DNA of 64,000 nucleotides from Bacillota bacterium (GTDB lineage Bacteria > Bacillota > Limnochordia > JAAZLZ01): contig JAAYLV010000001.1 of NCBI GenBank assembly GCA_012521755.1, positions 2,014-66,013 of the forward strand, in the 5' to 3' direction. How positions within the stretch are numbered: the stretch's first letter is position 1; each line of letters starts with the position of its first letter. Positions 38,855-47,737 of this stretch are shown here, piece after piece. A model generated the notes under the pieces. The model was given only the letters and a program-made list of their open reading frames with translations. It did no database searches and was not told where the DNA came from. The position numbers and the translations under genes are program-made.

Positions 38855-39844
38855 ATGCGAAACAAGAGTTTTGTCGTAGCTTTGGCTCTATGGTTGGTTC
38901 TTGCGATGGCCATTGGTGTTGCTGCGCAGCCGATCCCCATCAGCGTCTATTGTATCTTAGCCAGATCATCGGTTAGTACGGAAGCCATGTTTCGCTTCGC
39001 CGAGATGGTAGAAGAACGAACCAATAACAAAGTAAAATTCGACTGCTACCATAGTGGTGAGTTGGGCGGCGATGTGGAGACCATTGAAGCTATGCGCCTT
39101 GGAACAATTGACATGCGCATGGCTGGCGTAGGTCTCCATTCCCATTTCTATCCCGAGTCCATGCTGCTGGAGCTTCCTTTCTTGTTTAAGGACAGGGCCC
39201 ACGTGCAAAGGTTCATCTACAGCGATGCCGGGCGGAAGTTTATGGATGGCTTCGAGCAGTACGGAGTGAAGTGTCTGACCATCTACGATATCGGATTCAG
39301 GAATATCAGCAATTCGAAACGGCCCATCAATCATGTTGATGATGTTCGGGGCATCAAGATCCGGGTGCCGGAAATCGATACGTACGTAAAAGTATGGGAG
39401 AAGTTCGGCGCTGCTCCGGTCGCCATGGCTTGGCCGGATGTGTACATGGCGTTGAAGACAGGTGTCCTTGACGCCCAGGACAATGCGCCAGAACACACAT
39501 ACACTAACAAGACACATGAGACCCAGAAGTACTATAGCGTCATCAACTACATCTGGATGGGCGGCGCCCTGACCATGAACCTGAACAAGTGGAACAGCCT
39601 GCCGAAGGATGTGCAGGAAGTGATGCTTGAGGCGGCTAGGGAAATCTCCGAGTGGACCTTTGCTGAGCTGGCGGCCAAGGACGAGTGGGCCCTCGAGCAG
39701 ATGGAGAAAGAGGGTCTAGAGATCAATCGTTCTCCCGACATCGAAAGCTTCCGGGCGAAGGTTGCCGACCTGTACGACGAACTTGCCAAGGAATCGTGGT
39801 ACGATCCTGAAGTCATTGCGGCTATCCGTGCGGTAGAGAACTAG
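38855..39844 (+). CDS. dctP: TRAP transporter substrate-binding protein (DctP family), locus 1
   Basis: 329 aa, signal peptide, DctP-family periplasmic-binding fold. Confidence 0.8.
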   Translation: MRNKSFVVALALWLVLAMAIGVAAQPIPISVYCILARSSVSTEAMFRFAEMVEERTNNKVKFDCYHSGELGGDVETIEAMRLGTIDMRMAGVGLHSHFYPESMLLELPFLFKDRAHVQRFIYSDAGRKFMDGFEQYGVKCLTIYDIGFRNISNSKRPINHVDDVRGIKIRVPEIDTYVKVWEKFGAAPVAMAWPDVYMALKTGVLDAQDNAPEHTYTNKTHETQKYYSVINYIWMGGALTMNLNKWNSLPKDVQEVMLEAAREISEWTFAELAAKDEWALEQMEKEGLEINRSPDIESFRAKVADLYDELAKESWYDPEVIAAIRAVEN

Positions 39845-39849
39845 GTCCG

Positions 39850-39878
39850 TAGGTCGCGGCGGGTCCCGCCGCGACCTC
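39850..39878 (+). promoter_or_regulatory. Intra-operon 11-bp perfect stem-loop between dctP and dctQ
   Basis: gtcgcggcggg tcc cccgccgcgac; no U tract follows. Confidence 0.4.
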
Positions 39879-39899
39879 GCCCCGAGGGAGGGAAGGTAA

Positions 39900-40400
39900 G
39901 TGCTACGGGCGCTAAACAATGCAATCGATCGGATTCTGACGTACCTATGCAGCATCTGCCTTATCACCATCGTTGTGGTCTTTCTCATCGAGGTCTTGTT
40001 CCGCTACATTCTGAAAATCTCCTTCGCCTGGTCCTTGGAAGTCAACAGGATAGCCTTCATTTGGATGTGTCTCATGGGGGCAGCCATGTCACTGCGGAAG
40101 AGGGGACATATCAGGTTTGAGATCATCATCGGCCGACTCAAGTCGCGCCCCGAGGTCTTGATGAGCCTGTTTTGCGATGTCCTAGCTCTGGCCTTTTTCC
40201 TGTTCTTGTTGAAGGAAGGTTATACCGTTTACAATCTTGCTAGGATGACGAAGTTCCCGACTCTGCGCATTTCACAGGGTTGGATGTTCGCGGCTTTGCC
40301 CTTGAGCGCCGTGGTCATGCTCATTTACACTATCGAGCTGGTACTGAACGATGTGGCAAAGCTCACGGCTCCAACTCGGGAGGGACATGAAGCCATCTAA
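39900..40400 (+). CDS. dctQ: TRAP transporter small permease (DctQ), locus 1
   Basis: 166 aa, 4 TM; GTG after GAGGGAGGGAAGG. Confidence 0.75.
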   Translation: MLRALNNAIDRILTYLCSICLITIVVVFLIEVLFRYILKISFAWSLEVNRIAFIWMCLMGAAMSLRKRGHIRFEIIIGRLKSRPEVLMSLFCDVLALAFFLFLLKEGYTVYNLARMTKFPTLRISQGWMFAALPLSAVVMLIYTIELVLNDVAKLTAPTREGHEAI

Positions 40401-40431
40401 TGGACATACCAGAAAGGAGGCGTGACAGGAA

Positions 40432-41706
40432 TTGCTGACCACACTAGTTGTCGCTTTTGTTTTCTTCGCTCTCATCGGTATGCCAATCGCCATATCTCTT
40501 GGTATTGCAAGTGCTCTTGCTTTAGCCTTTAGCCCATTTCCAACTGTGGCTGCTGTCCAGAAGTGGCTAACTGGGATTGATTCTTATACATTGTTGGCGA
40601 TCCCCCTGTTCATCCTCGCCGGCCAGTTGATGAACGTGGGAGGAGTAACCTATCGCATCTTCAATTTTGCTCAGGCCCTGGTTGGTCACATACCTGGAGG
40701 TCTGGCCCACGCGAATATTGTAGCCAGCATTATCTTTGCTGGGATGTCAGGTTCGGCCGTGGCCGATGCGGCGGGCTTGGGCCTGGTGGAGATGGAGGCG
40801 ATGACCTCCCATGGTTATGATGAACGCTTTTCCGCGGCGGTTACCGCAGCATCCTCGGTGATAGGGCCCATCATTCCACCTAGTATTCCGATGCTGTTGT
40901 ATGCTTCCATTGCCGAAGAGTCAGTGGGCAAGCTGTTCCTAGGCGGCATCATCCCCGGTTTGATGATGGGGATCTCGATGATGCTCCTTGTCTATTTCCT
41001 CGCGCTCAAGAGGGGTTATCCCAAAGAAGAGCGGGTTCGCCTGCGCCAATTGGCCGCCATTTTCATCGATACACTGCCGGCCTTGCTCAGCCCAGTCATC
41101 ATCATCGGGGGCATGTTGACAGGCATATTCACGGCGACGGAGGCCGCGGCGGTGACTGTCGGGTATGCTTTTGTCCTGTCGGCCTTTGTTTATCGGGAGC
41201 TAAAGCTGAAAGACGTGCCGGCCATGCTCCTCGACACGGTGTATAGCACTGCCGTCGTTACGTTCATCTTGTCTGCTGCCGCCGCAGCCGGTTGGATACT
41301 GGTTAGGAGCAGGGCCGGCCATGCAATGGCTGACTTTGTCCTGTCGGTGACGTCAAACCGATATGTCGTCCTATTACTGCTCAATATCTTGCTGCTGCTG
41401 CTAGGGTGCGTGATGGAATTAGGTGCGATCATGATCCTAACGGTGCCCGTTCTCATCCCACTTCTGCAGAACCTAGGCATCGACTTAGTGCACTTTGGCG
41501 TAGTCATGACCGTGAATCTGATGATCGGCTTCATCACCCCGCCCTTTGGCATGTCCTTGTTTGTCCTCAGCGGCGTAACGGGGCTGAAGGTTGAAGAAAT
41601 AGTCAAAGACACGATGCCTTTCCTCATTCCCTTAATAATCACTTTGTTGTTGATCACTTATATTCCCGGCTTGGTGATGGCCATACCCAACTGGCTGATG
41701 CCATAA
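40432..41706 (+). CDS. dctM: TRAP transporter large permease (DctM), locus 1
   Basis: 424 aa with conserved GGLAHANIVASIIFAGMSGSAVADAAG. Confidence 0.85.
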   Translation: MLTTLVVAFVFFALIGMPIAISLGIASALALAFSPFPTVAAVQKWLTGIDSYTLLAIPLFILAGQLMNVGGVTYRIFNFAQALVGHIPGGLAHANIVASIIFAGMSGSAVADAAGLGLVEMEAMTSHGYDERFSAAVTAASSVIGPIIPPSIPMLLYASIAEESVGKLFLGGIIPGLMMGISMMLLVYFLALKRGYPKEERVRLRQLAAIFIDTLPALLSPVIIIGGMLTGIFTATEAAAVTVGYAFVLSAFVYRELKLKDVPAMLLDTVYSTAVVTFILSAAAAAGWILVRSRAGHAMADFVLSVTSNRYVVLLLLNILLLLLGCVMELGAIMILTVPVLIPLLQNLGIDLVHFGVVMTVNLMIGFITPPFGMSLFVLSGVTGLKVEEIVKDTMPFLIPLIITLLLITYIPGLVMAIPNWLMP

Positions 41707-41731
41707 CATACGCAGCATGGAGGTAAACGGA

Positions 41732-42799
41732 ATGGAAGACTTACAGACGCGACTTGACAGGCATTATCGTTTTTGGCGGATGGAGGAGACGGACAGGCCG
41801 GTCGTCAGTTTTTCCTTGGGAAGCTACTTCTTTGCCCAACGGTTTGAAGCAGCTGCTCCCCTATTGGTGCACAACAAAGAGATCCTGCCCGAGATGATCA
41901 ATCCGAAGGATTTTCTAGCCGATTACGAGCGGCAGTATCAAGAGAGCCTGGAAACGGGCCAAGATGCTTTTTGGGTGGCCGAACCATTTGCGGCATTGCC
42001 TTGGATGGAGGGCATGCTGGGCTGCAAGATATATGGTGCTGAGGAGAGCTTTTGGGTCGAGGCCACCCTGAAGGACTGGGACGATCTAGACAAAATAGCC
42101 CGCATCGAAGAGAATCCCTGGTTCAAGAAATATTTAGAGTTCATCGAAGTGTTGGTTGAGCATTCCAACGGGCGTTTTCCCGTCGGTCAGCCTATCTTGC
42201 GGGGACCGTCGGATATGGCGGGGACGCTCCGGGGTCAATCCCAGTTTATCATGGATCTGTACGATCGTCCTGATCAGGTGAAAAAGCTGTTGGCGGTCGC
42301 AACAAGTGCCTTTCTCAAGGTGATTCAGGCGCAAAAGAAGATCATCCCCGAGTTTCACGGGGGCACCTCCATGGGGTTTTACCATGTTTGGACCCCGGGC
42401 CAGTGCATATGGTATCAAGAGGACTTGTCGGCCCTCTTCTCCCCGTCCCTGTATCGGGAGTTTCTCCTCGAGCCGGATACCATCTTGAGCAACGCTTACC
42501 CGTACTCAGCAATTCACCTCCATCCGGCGTCCTTTTTCATCCTGGATGACTTGCTCAGTATCGACGGCTTGAAGGCTATTGAGGTGAACCTCGATGTGGG
42601 CGGACCTTCCATGGAAGAAATGCTGCCCTACCTGCAAAAGATCTTGCGGAAAAAGCCGCTGATCCTTTGGGGAGCTCTTACAGAGGAGGATATCCGGCTG
42701 GTCTTGCAAGAGCTGCCCTCGCGGGGTCTGTTCCTGGTCCTAGTAGCCCCCACGGCCAAGGAAGCTAAACACTTAATGTCCATCGTCAAAGGCGGTTGA
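41732..42799 (+). CDS. Hypothetical enzyme, possibly uroporphyrinogen-decarboxylase (URO-D)-like TIM-barrel; co-operonic with the GntR/TRAP locus
   Basis: About 355 aa soluble protein with a stop-to-start junction to dctM; no motif identified with certainty. Confidence 0.3.
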   Translation: MEDLQTRLDRHYRFWRMEETDRPVVSFSLGSYFFAQRFEAAAPLLVHNKEILPEMINPKDFLADYERQYQESLETGQDAFWVAEPFAALPWMEGMLGCKIYGAEESFWVEATLKDWDDLDKIARIEENPWFKKYLEFIEVLVEHSNGRFPVGQPILRGPSDMAGTLRGQSQFIMDLYDRPDQVKKLLAVATSAFLKVIQAQKKIIPEFHGGTSMGFYHVWTPGQCIWYQEDLSALFSPSLYREFLLEPDTILSNAYPYSAIHLHPASFFILDDLLSIDGLKAIEVNLDVGGPSMEEMLPYLQKILRKKPLILWGALTEEDIRLVLQELPSRGLFLVLVAPTAKEAKHLMSIVKGG

Positions 42800-42814
42800 C
42801 CCTTGCTCGAGATG

Positions 42815-42860
42815 GGGTGCTTGGAGGCAAGAGCTTTGCTTCCAAGCACCTTTTTCATGG
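42815..42860 (+). terminator. Rho-independent terminator
   Basis: ggtgcttggaggcaagagctttgcttccaagcacc followed by tttttc. Confidence 0.65.
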
Positions 42861-43006
42861 TGAGGATGTTCGGACCATCTGAAGAAACACATCCCAACGG
42901 ACGATAAGGGGAGTGAGGGTTGTCTTACCTTCAGCCGTTCTGGAGAATCCTCAGGCTCGGCTAGATCAATTTTGCGATGTTTTCGGGCCTTGTGCCATCT
43001 ACCGCC

Positions 43007-43035
43007 TTGTACTTTACCCGCCCCTCGGATATAAT
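43007..43035 (+). promoter_or_regulatory. Sigma-A-type promoter TTGTAC-17-TATAAT upstream of the RNase J gene (about 150-nt leader)
   Basis: Hexamers and spacing read from the sequence. Confidence 0.4.
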
Positions 43036-43183
43036 AACATCGAGAATTCTGGGACGGCTTTTCCTCAAGCTTATCGATCAGGACGGAGCGCCGGGTCCTG
43101 GTCTCTTTGCAAGACCCCTGAAAAGGGCCTTTTTTGTGTTTTTCTGAACGCGAGTCAACTTATTCGGAGGTGTTAACCTGTCA

Positions 43184-44851
43184 ATGCCCAAAAAGTCAAA
43201 CACTGTCTCCGTCATCCCTTTGGGGGGAGTGGGGGAGATTGGCAAGAATTCAACTGTCGTCGAGTGTAATGGTGAAATCCTCGTCGTTGATGCTGGAGTA
43301 ATGTTTCCCGGTGAGGATATGCCTGGCATCGATTTGGTAATCCCTGATTTCACCTATCTTGAGGAAAACAAGGAAAAAGTGCGCGGCATTCTCCTCACCC
43401 ATGGTCATGAGGACCACATTGGCGCGCTGCCTTATCTGCTGCCCATCGTTGATGCGCCAGTATACGGAACGAGGCTTACTTTAGGACTAGTTGAAGCACG
43501 GCTGAAAGAGCATGGGCTCAACGGCAAAGCCAGACTGCAGTGCGTCCGGGCGGGCCAGAGACTACGGATTGGGCCTTTCGAAGTGGAATTCATCCATGTC
43601 AATCACAGCATCGCAGATGTGGTGGCTTTGGCCATCCATACGCCTGCCGGCATCATCTTGTTTGCCAGCGACTTCAAATTCGATCAGACGCCCATTGACG
43701 GCCGTCCGACGGACTTTCACAAACTGGCGGAGCTAGGGGATAAAGGGGTAACCTTGCTGCTGTCCGACAGCACCAACGCGGAGCGTCCTGGCTATACTCT
43801 GTCCGAAAAGGTAGTTGGCGAAACCTTCAAAGATGTGTTCCGCCAGGCCAAAGGACGGATCCTTGTATCTACCTTCGCGTCCAATATCCACCGGATTCAG
43901 CAGATATTCGATGCGGCCTATGAGCATCATCGCAAGGTGTGCGTCATCGGCCGAAGCATGGTCAACGTGGTCAGCATTGCTTCCGAGCTTGGTTATCTGC
44001 GGATTCCGGAGAATCTATTGGTGGAACTGGAGGAGCTTGACCGGCTGCCCAAGGAACAGGTAGCTGTCATCACTACCGGCAGTCAAGGGGAGCCTATGTC
44101 CGCGTTGACCAGGATGGCCATGGCCGAACACCGGGATATTGGCATCATCCCCGGCGATACAGTGGTGATATCTTCATCGCCCATCCCCGGCAACGAGAAA
44201 CTGATCGGTCGGACCATTAATCACTTATTCAAGCAGGGTGCGGAAGTCATCTACCATGCCGTCTCGGGAGTCCACGTGTCAGGTCATGCCAGCCAGGAAG
44301 AACTGAAACTGATGCTCAACCTGTGTCGACCCAAGTATTTCGTCCCTGTCCACGGTGAATACCGGATGTTGGTCAAGCACGCCCGTTTGGCGGAAATGGT
44401 GGGGATCCCCTCCGACAGTATTCTCATCTGTGAGCTAGGGGATGTCATCGAGATCGATGAAACGGGAGCGAGCAAGACCAGGAAGGTGACCGCAGGTCAA
44501 GTGCTAGTCGACGGACTGGGCGTCGGTGATGTAGGTAACATTGTCCTGCGGGACAGGCGGGTGTTGGCCCAGGATGGAATCTTGATCGTGGTGCTGACCA
44601 TCGATAAAGTGACGGCGGAGATCGTGGCCGGCCCTGATATTGTCAGCCGCGGCTTCGTTTACATGAGGGAGTCGGAGGAACTGATTGAAGAGGCACGGGA
44701 AAAGGTGAAGATGGCTCTGAATGAATGTGAGCTGCAACAGGTGACGGAATGGGGGATCATCAAGGACCGAACGAGGGAAGTCCTCAGTAGATTTCTCTAT
44801 GAAAAGACGAAGCGGCGCCCGATGATCCTGCCGATCATCATGGAGGTTTAA
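43184..44851 (+). CDS. rnj: Ribonuclease J (metallo-beta-lactamase / beta-CASP)
   Basis: HGHEDHIGALPYLL motif, beta-CASP and C-terminal domain; 555 aa. Confidence 0.95.
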   Translation: MPKKSNTVSVIPLGGVGEIGKNSTVVECNGEILVVDAGVMFPGEDMPGIDLVIPDFTYLEENKEKVRGILLTHGHEDHIGALPYLLPIVDAPVYGTRLTLGLVEARLKEHGLNGKARLQCVRAGQRLRIGPFEVEFIHVNHSIADVVALAIHTPAGIILFASDFKFDQTPIDGRPTDFHKLAELGDKGVTLLLSDSTNAERPGYTLSEKVVGETFKDVFRQAKGRILVSTFASNIHRIQQIFDAAYEHHRKVCVIGRSMVNVVSIASELGYLRIPENLLVELEELDRLPKEQVAVITTGSQGEPMSALTRMAMAEHRDIGIIPGDTVVISSSPIPGNEKLIGRTINHLFKQGAEVIYHAVSGVHVSGHASQEELKLMLNLCRPKYFVPVHGEYRMLVKHARLAEMVGIPSDSILICELGDVIEIDETGASKTRKVTAGQVLVDGLGVGDVGNIVLRDRRVLAQDGILIVVLTIDKVTAEIVAGPDIVSRGFVYMRESEELIEEAREKVKMALNECELQQVTEWGIIKDRTREVLSRFLYEKTKRRPMILPIIMEV

Positions 44852-44906
44852 TATTTCTGCGGGATTCACCACATACTAACCGCTGTAACAGACAGTAGCC
44901 TGAGAG

Positions 44907-45653
44907 GTGAAGCCCGCAGTGCACAAAGCCTCGAACCCAGTCCAAGGCACAGGCTCGAAGATGGAACAAGGTGAGCCACTGGTCAATCAGACCGTTGAGG
45001 CAATGCGCCAGTTGGGGCAGCTGGCCCCGCCGGCACCTGTGGAGTCGAACATCCATTGCCTTTCCATCGTCGGCCAAATTGAAGGGCACGTAGTCTTGCC
45101 TCCCAAGAACAAGACGACGAAATATGAGCATGTTATTCCCCAACTAGTAGCCATCGAGCAAAACCCTATGATCGAGGGAGTGCTCATCATCCTTAACACC
45201 GTCGGTGGTGACATCGAAGCGGGACTCGCCATCGCGGAAATGATCAGGACCATGTCCAAGCCAGCGGTGTCATTGGTCTTGGGTGGAGGACATTCTATCG
45301 GGATTCCAATCGCCGTCGCTGCCCGCTATTCCTTCATCTCCGATACATCAACGGTCACCATTCACCCGATCAGACTGACTGGCATGGTCATCGGCGTCCC
45401 CCAGACCTACGAGTACTTGGATAAAATGCAGGATAGAGTGATTCGCTTCATCGTCAGCAACTCCAAGATCAGCGATGAGAAGCTGCGGGAATTGATGTTT
45501 CGTACCGGCGAGTTGGTCAGAGATGTGGGGACGGTGCTGGTCGGCAAAGAAGCAGTGGATGTAGGCCTCATGGATGAGCTGGGGGGCCTGGCCAAGGCTA
45601 TGGAGAAGCTCAACGCCCTCATCGATGAGGCGAAGGCCAGTGAGGGAGGGTGA
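44907..45653 (+). CDS. tepA: ClpP-family translocation-enhancing protein TepA
   Basis: ClpP/crotonase fold ([19 protein letters not shown]); conserved position after rnj as in Bacillus rnjB-tepA-ylzJ. Confidence 0.7.
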   Translation: MKPAVHKASNPVQGTGSKMEQGEPLVNQTVEAMRQLGQLAPPAPVESNIHCLSIVGQIEGHVVLPPKNKTTKYEHVIPQLVAIEQNPMIEGVLIILNTVGGDIEAGLAIAEMIRTMSKPAVSLVLGGGHSIGIPIAVAARYSFISDTSTVTIHPIRLTGMVIGVPQTYEYLDKMQDRVIRFIVSNSKISDEKLRELMFRTGELVRDVGTVLVGKEAVDVGLMDELGGLAKAMEKLNALIDEAKASEGG

Positions 45654-45663
45654 GGATGTGCTG

Positions 45664-45873
45664 ATGTATACAATCCTCCCCATCGAAGAGGTGATGGAAG
45701 GCTGGGATGAATTTGAACCCCACTACGTGGAAGTGCGGCGAGGGAGCATCACCATGGTGGTGGAGCCCTTGAGGTTTGGCCAAGGACGCATAATCCGCAT
45801 CATCAGTTCCAATCCTTCAACTCACCTCGATCCCCAACTGCAGCCCGGCTGCTTAATCAGCCTGGTACCGTGA
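45664..45873 (+). CDS. YlzJ-like family protein
   Basis: 69 aa MYTILPIEEV...; conserved neighbour downstream of tepA. RBS GAGGGAGGGTGAGGA. Confidence 0.55.
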   Translation: MYTILPIEEVMEGWDEFEPHYVEVRRGSITMVVEPLRFGQGRIIRIISSNPSTHLDPQLQPGCLISLVP

Positions 45874-45921
45874 AGTCTATTCCCTCGCGCCCGTACATAC
45901 AATTATCCAGGGCGATGCGGA

Positions 45922-46845
45922 ATGGCTTTCATATTGGTCTTTTTGGGTCTTGCGATTATGCTCCTTGGGATCCGAGTGATGAGCAACGGATTGAGTCAAG
46001 CCACAGGTCCAAGGATGCGGGCTCTTCTCGGCCAACTGACCAGGACCCGTATGGTCGGGTTCTTGAGCGGGACCCTGGCTGCTGCAGCTGCGCAAAGCAG
46101 CAGTCTGGTGACCGTCCTGTTGGTGGGATTAGTTGATGCTGGCCTCCTGGACTATGGGCAAGCCTTTGGCGTCATGCTCGGGGCAAACGTAGGCACCACC
46201 TTCACTTTGCAGCTTCTGGCCTTATCGAGGGATTCCTACGCCTTGCCCCTCATTGGCGCGGGGTTAATCCTGGTTGTCTGTAGCCGCCGCGGCTACTTCT
46301 ATTACCTGGGGTGCATCTTGCTCGGGAGCGGCAGCGTCTTCCTTGGGTTCAACCTCATCTCCCTGGCTTGTGCTGGTCTGGAGCAGGAGCCTGCTATTCG
46401 TCATTGGCTAGCCGAGAAGGCTCATGATCCCTATTACGGCTTAATGCTGGGATGTGCGGTCACTGGGATTGTGCAAAGCAGCAGCGCCGTCATGGGCATG
46501 GTCGCCGCCATGGCCCGGGAGGGTTTGCTCAGCCTCCATCTTGCTGTATCCATTTGTCTAGGGGCAAACGTGGGCACCTGTGTTACTGCGTTGCTGACGT
46601 CCCTGGGAACGGGCGTTGCCGGTCGACGTGCGGCGGCGGCCCATCTTCTCTTCAACATTCTAGGTGTGGCGGCTCTCTTCCCCTTACTGCCCTGGTTTGT
46701 CCCTATGATGGCTGCCACCAGCCCGGATCCAGCTTTGCAGACGGCGAACGCTCATACCATATTCAATGTAGTCACGGCTTTACTGGCGCTGCCTTTCACT
46801 TCTTGGTTCGTGACGTTAGTGACCAAGCTTGTCCCTGACAAATAG
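45922..46845 (+). CDS. Na/Pi-cotransporter II-related family membrane protein (short form)
   Basis: Duplicated QSSSA/QSSSL motifs, about 8 TM. Confidence 0.55.
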   Translation: MAFILVFLGLAIMLLGIRVMSNGLSQATGPRMRALLGQLTRTRMVGFLSGTLAAAAAQSSSLVTVLLVGLVDAGLLDYGQAFGVMLGANVGTTFTLQLLALSRDSYALPLIGAGLILVVCSRRGYFYYLGCILLGSGSVFLGFNLISLACAGLEQEPAIRHWLAEKAHDPYYGLMLGCAVTGIVQSSSAVMGMVAAMAREGLLSLHLAVSICLGANVGTCVTALLTSLGTGVAGRRAAAAHLLFNILGVAALFPLLPWFVPMMAATSPDPALQTANAHTIFNVVTALLALPFTSWFVTLVTKLVPDK

Positions 46846-46912
46846 CGGGGAGTGATGGAGGGATTTTTTCCCCAGTCACAGAATGACTACACCAGCAGAA
46901 AGGAGAGGCCAC

Positions 46913-47737
46913 ATGAGTCCTCTGCAGGCGCTCATTCTGGGAGTTGTCCAGGGCCTAACGGAATTCTTGCCGGTAAGCTCCAGCGGACACTTGGTAGTTG
47001 CACAGGAGCTGATGGGCTTGCGTTTGCCCGGGGTCACCTTTGAGGTTTGTGTTCACTTAGGCACCCTTGTTGCCGTGTTGGTCGTGTTTCGCGAAGAGAT
47101 CAGCCAGATCATCGCGGCCTTGGGCAGCTTGATTGACCGAGGGTCCCATCGACGGCGGGAGGGTCTATCCTTGCTCTGGGCGGTCATCGTGGGCTCGATC
47201 CCCGCGGGGCTCGTTGGTGTACTATTCAGCGACAAGGTGGGGAAGCTGTTTGAACGCACCGATGTGGTCGGGTGGGCGCTGTTGGCGACGGGGGGGCTCC
47301 TTTGGCTTTCCGACCGGAGGGCAAAGGCCCATGGGATCTTGATCGAAGAGATTCGTCCCAAGGATGCCCTTTTCGTTGGTCTAGGACAAGCTTTGGCCCT
47401 CATACCCGGCCTGTCCCGATCGGGCACGACGATTGCCTTTGGATTATTGCGGGGGCTGGATCGGGAAACGGCCGCCCGGTTTTCCTTCATGCTTTCCATA
47501 CCGGCCATTGGCGGGGCTGCCTTGCTGGAGCTTGGTCAACTGCAAGCCTTCGATCTGGAATCCGGTTTAGGCGTCCTGTTGGTGGGCACCGTCAGTGCCG
47601 CCGTTTCGGGTTATCTTGCCGTCAGTTTGCTCCTCAGGTTGATCCGTTCCAACCGCCTAACCTATTTTTCCTATTACACTTGGGCCATTGGCCTAGTGTT
47701 GATACTCAGGTCTTTTCTTAAGGGTAGTGGTATCTGA
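46913..47737 (+). CDS. uppP: Undecaprenyl-diphosphate phosphatase
   Basis: MSPLQALILGVVQGLTEFLPVSSSGHL and PGLSRSGTT motifs. Confidence 0.9.
   Translation: MSPLQALILGVVQGLTEFLPVSSSGHLVVAQELMGLRLPGVTFEVCVHLGTLVAVLVVFREEISQIIAALGSLIDRGSHRRREGLSLLWAVIVGSIPAGLVGVLFSDKVGKLFERTDVVGWALLATGGLLWLSDRRAKAHGILIEEIRPKDALFVGLGQALALIPGLSRSGTTIAFGLLRGLDRETAARFSFMLSIPAIGGAALLELGQLQAFDLESGLGVLLVGTVSAAVSGYLAVSLLLRLIRSNRLTYFSYYTWAIGLVLILRSFLKGSGI

Noticed and set aside
41717-41731. Upstream ATG (41717) as start of the TRAP-linked enzyme
   Set aside because: The GGAGGT Shine-Dalgarno lies inside those codons and is correctly spaced for the ATG at 41732; the first ATG has no RBS.
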